A DNA stretch of 37,266 nucleotides from Vicinamibacteria bacterium (lineage in GTDB: Bacteria; Acidobacteriota; Vicinamibacteria; Marinacidobacterales; DATDRI01): assembly GCA_035291825.1 (NCBI GenBank), contig DATDRI010000188.1, forward strand, positions 1 through 37,266, written 5' to 3'. The notes under the pieces are model-generated. The model was not told the DNA's origin, did not search any database, and saw nothing but the letters and a program-made list of their open reading frames with translations. A program made the position numbers and the translations under genes. Every line of letters begins with the position of its first letter. Positions within the stretch are counted from its first letter, which is position 1. Shown here in pieces: positions 1 through 9,087 of this stretch.

Positions 1-324
1 GTTCCTTCCGGCAAGGGGAACGGCGCGCGGAGACCCTCTTCCGGCTTCTCCGTTACCATCAGTCACGCGGATGCCTCCGATCTGGAAGGACAGATCCGGG
101 AGTCCATCCTGTTCCTCGATGAGTACGAGGATGAGCTGAGACGACTGGGAAGCTTCTCGGGCGTCGAAGGGATCTCGCTCGATTTCAGCGTTCTGTGGCG
201 GGATGCAGAGGTTCAGACGGACGTCTTCCCGGCGGACCTTCTGTGGAGAGCGGGGGCGCTCGATATCTGGCTCGCCGTCACGCACTATCCCGCCACCCCA
301 GAACGAAGGAGCTCGGTTGACTGA
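1..324 (+). CDS. 3' end of a hypothetical protein (5' end outside the window). It resembles DUF4279-type small proteins at pattern level only.
   Basis: Frame 1 is open from base 1 to TGA at 322-324. My translation is ...SVTISHADASDLEGQIRESILFLDEYEDELRRLGSFSGVEGISLDFSVLWRDAEVQTDVFPADLLWRAGALDIWLAVTHYPATPERRSSVD*. It is absent from the ORF track because no start codon lies inside the window. Third codon positions are GC-rich, as in the neighbouring genes. Confidence 0.45.
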   Translation, partial: VPSGKGNGARRPSSGFSVTISHADASDLEGQIRESILFLDEYEDELRRLGSFSGVEGISLDFSVLWRDAEVQTDVFPADLLWRAGALDIWLAVTHYPATPERRSSVD

Positions 325-387
325 AGCCAAACTGAATAAATCATCTGCACCTTGCGCGAGCGGAGCGACACCAACATCATGGAAGGC

Positions 388-1098
388 TCAGTCTTTTCTC
401 GCGGCACGCGGAAGGCGCAAAGTGAACTTCGAGCCCTTTCCGAGGGTACTCTCCGCACTGAGCTTCGCTTCGTTTTGGTCGGCCAGGGCGCGGGCGATGG
501 CAAGACCCAGGCCGACTCCGCCCGTCTCGCCATCCGTCGTCTTGTCGACCTGGTAGAAACGATCGAAGATGCGCGGTAGGTGCTCGGGCGAGATGCCGCA
601 ACCACTGTCGATGACTTGGATCTCCGCCCAGGACTCACCCTCGAGCAACTGAATGCGGATGGTTCCTCCCGAAGACGTGTGTCGCACCGCGTTGTCGAGC
701 AAATTGGCGAGGATACGTCGAATCTGCTGGTCATTTCCATGCACTGTGGGTGCGCGGAGGTCGCCAAAGGAGAGCGAAATGCCCTTGGACTCCGCGACCG
801 GTCCATAGGCGCGGGCCGTCCGAGACACCAGATCTCCCAGATCGACCGCCCGACGCTCGGCGACCAGTTTTCCGGCGTCCTGTTTCTCCAAGAGAAGGAG
901 GTCGCTGATCATTTGACCGGCCAGCCGCAACTGTTCCAAACAGGGCTCGAGCGCCGCCTGACACTCCGAGCCACACCAAGAAGCGGCGCGTGCCTTCTCG
1001 ATGAGGACTCGCAAATGGGTGAGGGGAGCCTGGAGCTCGTGAAGGAGCGTTCGGTCCCGATCGTCGGCCGGGGTGGTGCGACGCTTCCGGTTGGGCAC
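388..1098 (-). CDS. Histidine kinase core (HisKA + HATPase_c) with no sensor or transmembrane domain
   Basis: H-box [11 protein letters not shown]-box [11 protein letters not shown]1 [23 protein letters not shown]2 [13 protein letters not shown]. The start is GTG at 1098 and an in-frame TAG lies 10 nt upstream, so only about 18 aa precede the H-box. Confidence 0.85.
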   Translation of the reverse strand: MPNRKRRTTPADDRDRTLLHELQAPLTHLRVLIEKARAASWCGSECQAALEPCLEQLRLAGQMISDLLLLEKQDAGKLVAERRAVDLGDLVSRTARAYGPVAESKGISLSFGDLRAPTVHGNDQQIRRILANLLDNAVRHTSSGGTIRIQLLEGESWAEIQVIDSGCGISPEHLPRIFDRFYQVDKTTDGETGGVGLGLAIARALADQNEAKLSAESTLGKGSKFTLRLPRAARKD

Positions 1099-1129
1099 TC
1101 GCCAAGCCTAATCTGACAGTTTGTTTGCG

Positions 1130-1145
1130 ATCAAGCGGCCTTGAT
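1130..1145. promoter_or_regulatory. Perfect 6-4-6 palindrome ATCAAG-CGGC-CTTGAT in the kinase/copA divergent intergenic region. It is either a candidate operator or two back-to-back -35 elements.
   Basis: Read directly from the sequence. The right arm overlaps TTGATG (1141-1146) on the + strand. The left arm reads TTGATC on the - strand. Confidence 0.3.
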
Positions 1146-1170
1146 GCTGAAACGGAACCGGTGCTAGACT
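1141..1170 (+). promoter_or_regulatory. Candidate copA promoter: -35 TTGATG, 18-nt spacer, extended -10 TGcTAGACT
   Basis: TTGATG lies at 1141-1146 and TGcTAGACT at 1162-1170. The ATG at 1178 is 7 nt after the -10 element, which suggests a leaderless or near-leaderless transcript. Hexamer matching by eye only. Confidence 0.3.
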
Positions 1171-1177
1171 CGATCCA

Positions 1178-3710
1178 CATGGGCTCCAAGACAGAGCACA
1201 AGGCCTCAAACCTAAGTATCGACAGTATCGACCCGGTTTGCGGGATGAAGGTCGATCCCGAGAAGGCTCGATTCAAGACCACCCGCGGTGGTGAGTCCTA
1301 CGCTTTCTGCGCGGAGGGCTGCAAGACCGCCTTCGAACGGGAGCCGGAGCTCTATTCGGAGCGCAACGGCGTCGCCGGCAAGAGCGGTAGCCCATCGCCC
1401 ATGACGACCAACGTCCGCATCGAGATCCCGCCGGCAGCGTCCACCGCACCTGGAAACGGGTTGGCGCGCTTGGATGCACCGGTGCAGGGCATGCACTGCG
1501 CGAGCTGTGTCGGCGCGATCGAACAGGCGCTGGATAGATTGCCGGGGGTGCAGCAGGCCACGGTCAACTTCGCTACCGAACGCCTGTCGGTATCTTATGA
1601 CCCCGGAACGATCGGTCTCCAGAGGCTCGCCCAGGTGGTCTCCGCCGCCGGCCCGTACCGTCTCCTGATCAGCGAATCCGGTGAGGCATCGGAGGACATG
1701 GAGAAGCGAGTCCGATCGGCCGAGTACCGCGCCTTGAAGTCGAAGCTCGTTTTTTCCTCGATTCTCACCGTTCTCATCATGATGGGCAGCATGATTCCCG
1801 CGCTCTCCCGCAGCTTGTCGGTCGAGGTGCTGCATGTTTTCTTGTTTCTGCTCGCCACGCCGCTCCTCTTCTGGTGTGGCGAGCAGTTTCTCCGTGGGCT
1901 TATCGTCGGACTCCGTTCCTTCACCTTCAACATGGACAGCCTGATCGCTCTCGGTGCCTCCGCTGCCTACATTTATAGTACCGCCGCCACCTTCTGGCCG
2001 GGTCTCTTCCCGACGGCAGGGCGATCGCCGGGGCTCTACTACGACACGACCGGAATGATCATTACTCTGGTCCTCCTGGGCAGAGTGCTGGAGGCGAGGG
2101 CCAAGGGCCGGGCGTCCGATGCCATTCGCAAGCTGGTAGGACTGCAAGCGAAGGCCGCGCGGGTAATGAGGGGCGGAGGTGAGCAGGAGGTTCCGTTGCA
2201 GGACGTCCGGGTCGGCGATCTCGTCATCGTCCGTCCCGGGGAAAAGATACCGGTGGACGGGGTTATCCGGGAGGGCGCATCGACGGTGGACGAATCTCTG
2301 GTCACCGGTGAAAGCCTTCCCGTCGAGAAGACGCGAGGAGACACGGTGGTGGGCGGGACCTTGAACCAAGTTGGAACGTTTCGTTTTCAAGCTACCCGGG
2401 TCGGTAGCGAGACCGTGCTGGCGCAGATCATTCGCTGGGTACAAGAGGCTCAGGGCTCGAAGGCACCCATCCAGCGCCTGGCCGACAAGATTGCCGGCGT
2501 TTTCGTTCCGCTGGTGGTGGCGCTGGCCGGTCTCACTTTCTTGATCTGGTCTCTTTACGGCCCGGCGCCGGCGCTCAATTTTGCGCTGTTGAATGCCATC
2601 GGCGTTCTGATCATCGCCTGTCCGTGCGCCCTCGGTTTGGCCACGCCCACCGCCATCGTGGTCGCCACCGGACGGGGCGCGGAGCGGGGGATTCTCATCA
2701 AATCGGCGGCGACTCTGGAGCGCCTCGGTAGCGTGGACACCGTCATTCTCGACAAGACGGGAACGGTAACGAAGGGAAGGCTCACCGTCACCGACATCCT
2801 GGCGAACGACGGTTACGAGACGTGGCAGATTTTGGCCCTGGCGGCATCGGCCGAAACGGGGTCCGAGCATCCGGTGGGACGCGCGGTGGTCGAATACGCA
2901 CAAAGCTTAAGAATCGAGCTTTCTCCGCTGGAGAGCTTCCAAGCCCTCCCCGGACGGGGCGTGCGGGCGGTGGTGGCGGGGAAGAGCGTCCTGTTGGGAA
3001 ACCTTCGCTTCATGAAGGAACAGGGGGTCGAGCTGGGGAGGCTTTTGAAAGCCGCCCACCATCTCTCCGAGGAAGGAAAGAGCTCCCTGTTCGTTCTGGT
3101 GGAAGGTGCTCTTTGGGGGATCCTGGGCGTGGCCGATTCGGCGCGAGACAGCTCGGCGGCCGCGGTTCGGGCGTTGAAGGGGTTGGGGCTCGACGTCTAC
3201 CTGATAAGTGGCGATAGTCGAGGGACGGCGGAGACGATTGCCAGACAGGTCGGCATCGATCGCGTTGTGGCGGAGGTGCTTCCCGATCGGAAAGCGGCGG
3301 AAGTGAAAAGACTCCAGGAGGGGGGCGCGGTGGTAGCGATGGTCGGAGACGGCATCAACGATGCGCCGGCTCTGGCACAGGCCGATGTTGGCATTGCGGT
3401 CGGGTCGGGAACCGATATCGCCATGGAGACCGCCGACATCACGCTAGTGAAGAGAGGCCTGGAAGGCGTGGTGGAGGCCGTCCTGTTGTCGCGCCGCACA
3501 CTTCAAATCATTAAACAAAATTTGTTTTGGGCCTTCTTCTACAACTCTATCGGCATTCCGGTGGCCGCCGGTGTGCTCTATCCGACCATGGGGATTCTCC
3601 TCTCTCCGGTCGTTGCCGCGGCCGCCATGGCCATGAGCTCGGTCTCAGTGGTTCTGAACGCCTTGCGGCTGCGCCGGTTCAAGCCCGCCGAGCCTTCGGC
3701 GCCTGCCTAG
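1178..3710 (+). CDS. copA: Copper-translocating P1B-type ATPase with an N-terminal YHS/TRASH domain plus an HMA domain
   Basis: [35 protein letters not shown] (YHS/TRASH), GMHCASCV (HMA), [15 protein letters not shown] (CPC), LDKTGTVT and [10 protein letters not shown]. The ORF-track start at 1125 is TTG. I prefer the ATG at 1178 (MGSKTEH...) because the promoter-like element lies between the two. Confidence 0.95.
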
Positions 3711-6592
3711 CTTCGGTTATCCCGAGAGGAAACTCGCTTAGTCGGAGGGGCGTCGGTCTCCGACCCTCGGCGCAGCCGGGAGAGATTCTCATAGGCCTTT
3801 CGAAACCGATCGGAGAGTATTCGATCCTGGGCGCCGAGGATTGGGCCGAGTCGCTCCCAGTTGGCCTTCAAGTGTTCCGCTTCCTCGAGGGCGGCCCGCC
3901 AGTTCTTCTTCTGAGGGACCGCCGTGGCGCCGATGGTGTTGGCGGCGAGAGCTCGCTTCAGCTTTTCCGCGACGTCTTCGATGGTGGCGTGGTTGCCGGA
4001 CTTGGAATGGGCGGCGACCAGCTCTTCCAGACGCAAGCAGATTTTTTCGCGCCGTTTGTGATTGGCGCGGGGATCGAGCGGCGTGCCCCGCAGGCTATCC
4101 GGAAAAACGGCGACGATCTGCGCGCAGGCTTTCTGCAGGCGGTCCTGGAGAGCCTCCGCCTTGCCCGGTGGCACGGCGCCCGCGCTCGTCCACTCCGTCC
4201 ATGCCGCGAGGACTCTTTGACCGACCGTCTCCGCCGAAGGGGCGTCGGCACCCTGTACCGACGCGGCGAGCGCCTCCAACCCCAGACAGGTCGCCTCTTT
4301 CGTTCTTAGTTTCTCCTCGAGCTCCACCTCTCCCCGGCGCTTCCGTCGATCGAAAAACCGATCGCAGGCGGTGCGGAACCGATTCCAGAGTACTTCGGAC
4401 TTCTTGTGAGGAACCGGACCGATCTCGTTCCACTCCGACTGAAGCCTCATGATCTCCTTGGAGGCTTCATCCCACTGGGTGGAATCGGCCAGAGACTCGG
4501 CTTTCTCGCAAAGCGCCGCCTTCTTCTTGCCGTTCTCCAGGCGATCATCCTTTAGCCGATCCAGATGCTCCTTGCGGCGAGTGAAGAACTCGTCACAAGG
4601 CTTTCGGAATCGGTGCCACACCGCCTTCACTTTCTTCGGCGCGACCGGTCCGGTCTCCTTCCATTCGGCCTGGATCTTCTTGATGGCTTCGGCGGTCTTG
4701 TTCCAATCGCTGGACTGGGCGAGACTCTCGACCTTCTCGCAGAGTGCTTCCTTCCTCTTGAGATTCTCGGCATAATAGGCGTGGCAGCGGTCGCGGAGCT
4801 CGTCACGAGCCTTGCTGAAGCGTTTCCATAGCGACTCCGATTTGCCACGGGGAGCCTCCCCGGCGCGTTTCCATTCTTCCTGGATTTGTCGAAGCTGCTT
4901 TGCCACCTGCCCGAGGTCTTGCACCTCACCGAGGGCTTCGGTCTTTCCGATGAGCTTTTCCTGCACATCGACGTTCGCCCAGCGTTTCCACTCCTCGGTC
5001 TCTTTCTGTTCCTGAAAGCGCTCGAATAGCTTTTGTCGCGCCAGGGTGAGGCGGTCCTTCCATGCGGTGCGACTCTCCGCGGTGGGGAGCGACCCCATTT
5101 GCTTCATGACCTGCGCAACGCGTCGCAACCCGGCACCGGCTGCCTTGAGGCTCAACTCTGGCGTTTGTCCCATTCCCTCCAGGCGAGTGCATAGCTCCCT
5201 CAGGCGGGCCAGGTTCTGCTGCCGGACCTGCTCTTGCCGGTCGGCGTTCTCTTTCTGTCGGGCGACGAGTCTCTGACCGGCAACGTCGAACCGTTGACGG
5301 GCGTTGGCCGCCAATTCTTTCCAACCGCCTGCTAGCACAGTCTCTTCGATCTTGGTCCAGCGGTCTTGCAGTAGCTGCCAATCGCGCACCGCGTCGGAGA
5401 GTCGTGGCGATTGGCAATGCGCTTCCGCCTCCGCCAGGAGCTCTTCCACGGATCGTTCCAAGGCCAGTTGGGTGCGCCAGCTTTGGTGACGGCTCTGGCA
5501 TTGCTCGGCCGCACGCGCGAACCTTATTGCCAAAGCCTCGCCCTCGTCCGTCGTCGCGTCGGCGGGGAGCGGATCGAGGCTTTCCCAGTCGGCGCGCGCT
5601 TGCTCGAGGCCTGGCAAGGCGGCGTCTCCTTCAAGGGATTCGACTTTCTCACAAAGAGCCAACCGGTTGGCGAGAATCATCCGGCGTTGAGCCTCGCGTC
5701 GCTCTTCCTCCGCTTTACGACTCGCCTGGCGCTCCGCTTGGTCGGAAACCGCTCGCCCAGCGGCCTCGAAGCGCCGCCGTACGTCCTCGTCAGGATCGGT
5801 CTTCGCCGCTAGCCGGTTCCATTCCTCGCGAATCCGCTCCGCTGCGATTTCTGCGCTTTTCTCCTCGGGGGTTTCCGCCAAGCTCTCTAGATCGAGACAA
5901 AGCTCCTGCTGACGCTTGCGCCGTGGCTCGGCGCGAAGCGGGTGGTCGTCGGTCATGATCAGCTCGAGCCGGGCGTGGGCTTTTTCACGGACGCTCCGGT
6001 GGGCGTGGCGCTCCTCGGCGATGGCGTGAAGCGTATCGGCGTCGTCGATCTTCTCCACCGCTGCCAGTGCAATCTCCGGGGCCGCACCGTTGGCCGCGAT
6101 GCGCTGGAGGAGCGACGGATCGCGCACCCGTCCCAGTGCTTCCTCCCGGAGGGAGGGGTCGCTGGCTCTCGCCGCGATCTCGGCCACTGCCTTTTCATCG
6201 GAGAGCCGAGCCAGGGCGGCTCGTCGGATGGAAGGATGTGCGGCGTGGATGGCAACTTGCACGATGTGTTTGGTTTGGGTGAGCCGAGAGAGCGCCTCCT
6301 CACAGCCGTCGAGGCTGTCCTTCGAGCTGGCCCGCGCTACCAAGAGTTCTGCCGCGCGTCCGGCGGCTAGCTCCTTTAGGCTTTCGTTTCGCTCGTGCTC
6401 GGAGATTGCCTGAAGCTCCCGGGGATCCTCTATCTTCTTGACGGCAATACGCCGCACGCGGGGATCGTCATCCTCTCGGGCCAGGTTGCTAAGGAGGTCT
6501 TGATCGTCCCTACCAAGCTGGCGCACGGCGGTCATGCGCACTTCGGGGTCACTGTGCTGCCACTTAGGGCGCAGACGGTCGAGGAGACTCAT
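3707..6592 (-). CDS. Large HEAT-repeat plus tandem DUF349-repeat protein of unknown function
   Basis: The N-terminal third (about 5950-6560) has HEAT-like units: [58 protein letters not shown]. The remainder (about 3760-5870) has at least 6 units of the DUF349 pattern, for example [59 protein letters not shown] and [59 protein letters not shown]. The ORF-track start (GTG 6694) adds 34 codons with low third-position GC. ATG 6592 ([11 protein letters not shown]) is preferred. Confidence 0.85.
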   Translation of the reverse strand: MSLLDRLRPKWQHSDPEVRMTAVRQLGRDDQDLLSNLAREDDDPRVRRIAVKKIEDPRELQAISEHERNESLKELAAGRAAELLVARASSKDSLDGCEEALSRLTQTKHIVQVAIHAAHPSIRRAALARLSDEKAVAEIAARASDPSLREEALGRVRDPSLLQRIAANGAAPEIALAAVEKIDDADTLHAIAEERHAHRSVREKAHARLELIMTDDHPLRAEPRRKRQQELCLDLESLAETPEEKSAEIAAERIREEWNRLAAKTDPDEDVRRRFEAAGRAVSDQAERQASRKAEEERREAQRRMILANRLALCEKVESLEGDAALPGLEQARADWESLDPLPADATTDEGEALAIRFARAAEQCQSRHQSWRTQLALERSVEELLAEAEAHCQSPRLSDAVRDWQLLQDRWTKIEETVLAGGWKELAANARQRFDVAGQRLVARQKENADRQEQVRQQNLARLRELCTRLEGMGQTPELSLKAAGAGLRRVAQVMKQMGSLPTAESRTAWKDRLTLARQKLFERFQEQKETEEWKRWANVDVQEKLIGKTEALGEVQDLGQVAKQLRQIQEEWKRAGEAPRGKSESLWKRFSKARDELRDRCHAYYAENLKRKEALCEKVESLAQSSDWNKTAEAIKKIQAEWKETGPVAPKKVKAVWHRFRKPCDEFFTRRKEHLDRLKDDRLENGKKKAALCEKAESLADSTQWDEASKEIMRLQSEWNEIGPVPHKKSEVLWNRFRTACDRFFDRRKRRGEVELEEKLRTKEATCLGLEALAASVQGADAPSAETVGQRVLAAWTEWTSAGAVPPGKAEALQDRLQKACAQIVAVFPDSLRGTPLDPRANHKRREKICLRLEELVAAHSKSGNHATIEDVAEKLKRALAANTIGATAVPQKKNWRAALEEAEHLKANWERLGPILGAQDRILSDRFRKAYENLSRLRRGSETDAPPTKRVSSRDNRS

Positions 6593-6755
6593 ATCCGAGA
6601 TATTGGATCTTTTTCCGAAAATTTGGATCGCCTGACACGGGGATCGAAATGCCTCATGTAGTTCACCAGCTCGGGCTCGTTTGGACCGTTTCACTATACT
6701 AAAAAAATCTTCCGGTCAAAAGATACCGCTCATACCGGCGGTGCGAACGGGTGCG

Positions 6756-6764
6756 TGTTAGAAT
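6756..6764 (+). promoter_or_regulatory. Extended -10-like element TGtTAGAAT upstream of the TPR gene
   Basis: Read directly. It lies in the AT-richer 206-bp divergent region, 35 nt upstream of ATG 6799. I found no convincing -35 element. Confidence 0.25.
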
Positions 6765-6798
6765 TTGTGCCGTGTGGGGAACCGTAGTCACCTTCTTG

Positions 6799-7872
6799 AT
6801 GGGCTTCGAGCGCGTCAAGCATCGCGGCGATCGGTTCTTTCTGGATGGAGACTACCATGGCGCCGAGCGCGAGTATCAAAGAGCTCGTGACGCTCTGCCG
6901 GCGCTTGACCCTCGAGGGCCCACGCTCGACGCGCTCATCAAGGAATGCGCGGTGCGCACCGCGGCAGAGTCACCGCTCTCCTGGTACGCCGCCTCGGCAG
7001 GAGACAGCGAATCTCATTTCGTTCCCGACATGAAGGAGCTGTTGGAGCTCGCCATCGCAGGAAAGTCAGCGGCAAGAGCGTCGCTGTATCGAGGACTGGG
7101 CGCGGAGTTCGAGGCGGGTTACGTGGCGCTCGTCCAGGGAGAAGCCAATCGAGCCACCGACCTCTTGGAGCTGGCGAGCCGAAGGTTGCCCGCCGCCTTC
7201 GTGATCCATCTGGAGCTCGGTCGCGCCCTGAGCATGACCGGTAACATGAGCGGGGCTCGCGTCGAGCTCGAGAAGGCGGTCGTTTCGTCCCCTGACGATC
7301 TGGAGGCGCTCGGTCTCTTGGCGGCGGTACACATTGAGTTGCATCAATACTCCGACGCGGAGAGAATCCTCGCGCCTTGGGTCGACCGAGAAGATACCGG
7401 GCCGGAGGTGAGTTTTCTATTCGGGCGGTCGTTGGCCGGTCAAGGCAAGCGACAAGAGGCACTGGCTCGTTTCCGGCAAGCCGTCGAGCGCGACCCGAGC
7501 TTCCCCGACGCCTACTTCGAGGCAGCGAGACTCTTGAGGCAGGAAACAGATGGCCGAGGCGCTCTCCAGCTCCTCCGCCAAGCCTGCTCGATCCTGCCCG
7601 ATGAGGTGCAGTACAACCGCGAGCTGGCGACTCTGGTACTGGAGCGAGAGCTCGACGTTGCCACCGGGTTGGCCGCATGTGATCGTCTGATGGTGACCGA
7701 TGAGCAGAACAGATGGCAATACCTCGCCTGGATCGCCGAGCTCTACCTGCGGCGCGGATGGAGGCGGGAGGCCATCGATCCGCTCCGCAAGGCGATCGCT
7801 CTCGTTCCTCGAGAGAAAACCAGGGAAAGTCTGGATCTCCGAAACCGGCTGCTGGAGCTGGAGAGTCGTTGA
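6799..7872 (+). CDS. Tetratricopeptide (TPR) repeat protein
   Basis: Repeated 34-aa Ala/Leu/Tyr-rich helical units, for example GDYHGAEREYQRARDALP and GKRQEALARFRQAVERDPSFPDAYFEAARLL. ATG 6799 is preferred over the ORF-track GTG at 6751. Confidence 0.75.
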   Translation: MGFERVKHRGDRFFLDGDYHGAEREYQRARDALPALDPRGPTLDALIKECAVRTAAESPLSWYAASAGDSESHFVPDMKELLELAIAGKSAARASLYRGLGAEFEAGYVALVQGEANRATDLLELASRRLPAAFVIHLELGRALSMTGNMSGARVELEKAVVSSPDDLEALGLLAAVHIELHQYSDAERILAPWVDREDTGPEVSFLFGRSLAGQGKRQEALARFRQAVERDPSFPDAYFEAARLLRQETDGRGALQLLRQACSILPDEVQYNRELATLVLERELDVATGLAACDRLMVTDEQNRWQYLAWIAELYLRRGWRREAIDPLRKAIALVPREKTRESLDLRNRLLELESR

Positions 7873-7878
7873 TGGGGA

Positions 7879-9087
7879 TTGAGCGGTCCGGTGGTTGATA
7901 CCCGTCTCCCCGACCACGAGGTCCCGGGGAGCGTGGTGGCGTCTTTGATCGGGCTCCTCATGCTCGGGTTGGTCGACAACCAGATTCTGTCTCCGATTCT
8001 GCCTGAGATCGCTTCCAGTTTCGCGGTGGATGTGGCGCGGGTCGGCCTCACCGTTTCCGGCTACGCGCTGGCAGCGGCGCTCGCCGCTTTGGTGGTGGGC
8101 TCGCTCTCCGATCGCGGGAGAAGACGTCCATTCTTGATCGCTGCCTGCGTTACCTTCGGGTTGGCGAGCCTTGCCGCCTTCTTCTCCGGCTCCTTTTCGA
8201 CGTTTGCCGCGGCCCGAATCCTGGCGGGCGCTTCCGCCGGCGTGATCTCCGCCCTAGTGGTGGCATCGATTGCCGATCGCGTTCCCTACCAGCGGAGGGG
8301 CCGCGCCATGGGCTGGGTAGCCTCGGCCTATTTCGCCGCTCCCATCCTAGGAGTGCCGGTGGGCTCTCTGCTGGCAGACCTATATGGCTGGCGAACCCTC
8401 TACATTCTCTTTGCCGGGGCGGCGGTCGGTCTGGCGGCGGTCATGCTGGTCTGGTACGCCGACTCACACGAGAAACGCGAAGCGGAGCCTCGTTCCTGGG
8501 CGTCGGAAACGCTGGGGAAATACTCGGGTTTCCTCAAGAACAAGGTGACGTTGGCCGGTGCACTTTCCGCTTTCTTCGTCTCAGGAGGGATCACGAGTTT
8601 CGTGACTTACCTCGGCGCCTACTTGAGCGGGCAGTTCGGCCTCTCCACTACCGCCATCGGCATGGTTTTTCTTCTGAGCGGAGGGGCCAGTCTGGCGGGA
8701 GCGCTGGCGGCAGGGCGGCTTTCCGATCGGCTGGGAAAGCGAGCGGTGGCCTTCTGGGGAAGCCTGGCCCTGGCCAGCGTCATCCTGGTCGTTCCCGCTC
8801 TGGGCGGCGGGATCAGTCTCTACCTCGGACTCGGCGTGGTTGGCCTGGCCGCCGCTTCTCGAGTGGCCCCTCTCCAGTCGCTGGTGACGGAGCTGGTGAG
8901 CCGACAAACCCGCGGCGCCTACGTGGCATTGCGCAACACGCTTTCCCAGCTGGGCATCGCCGTTTCCGCGGCCGCCGGCGCGTCTCTCTTCGCGGTCAAG
9001 GGGTACGGCGCGGTTTGCATCCTGGCCGCCACCTTCAGCTTGGTGGCGGCGCTGTTGCTCCTGTGGGTGGAGGAACCGGGAAGTTGA
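7879..9087 (+). CDS. MFS transporter
   Basis: About 12 hydrophobic segments. MFS motif A occurs in both halves (GSLSDRGRRRP and GRLSDRLGKR). The TTG start at 7879 is uncertain; in-frame GTGs follow. Confidence 0.85.
   Translation: MSGPVVDTRLPDHEVPGSVVASLIGLLMLGLVDNQILSPILPEIASSFAVDVARVGLTVSGYALAAALAALVVGSLSDRGRRRPFLIAACVTFGLASLAAFFSGSFSTFAAARILAGASAGVISALVVASIADRVPYQRRGRAMGWVASAYFAAPILGVPVGSLLADLYGWRTLYILFAGAAVGLAAVMLVWYADSHEKREAEPRSWASETLGKYSGFLKNKVTLAGALSAFFVSGGITSFVTYLGAYLSGQFGLSTTAIGMVFLLSGGASLAGALAAGRLSDRLGKRAVAFWGSLALASVILVVPALGGGISLYLGLGVVGLAAASRVAPLQSLVTELVSRQTRGAYVALRNTLSQLGIAVSAAAGASLFAVKGYGAVCILAATFSLVAALLLLWVEEPGS

Noticed and set aside
1212-2903. Long antisense ORFs opposite well-supported genes. 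Examples are 1212-2903(-) 563 aa opposite copA, 13050-14264(+), 19748-21289(+) 513 aa opposite the S9 peptidase, 24838-25866(-) opposite ugd/galE, and 33946-34944(-) opposite priA.
   Set aside because: Their translations are Arg/Gly/Pro/Ala-rich, low-complexity strings with no motifs, as expected for stop-poor shadow frames in GC-rich DNA. The opposite strand carries unmistakable family motifs in every case.
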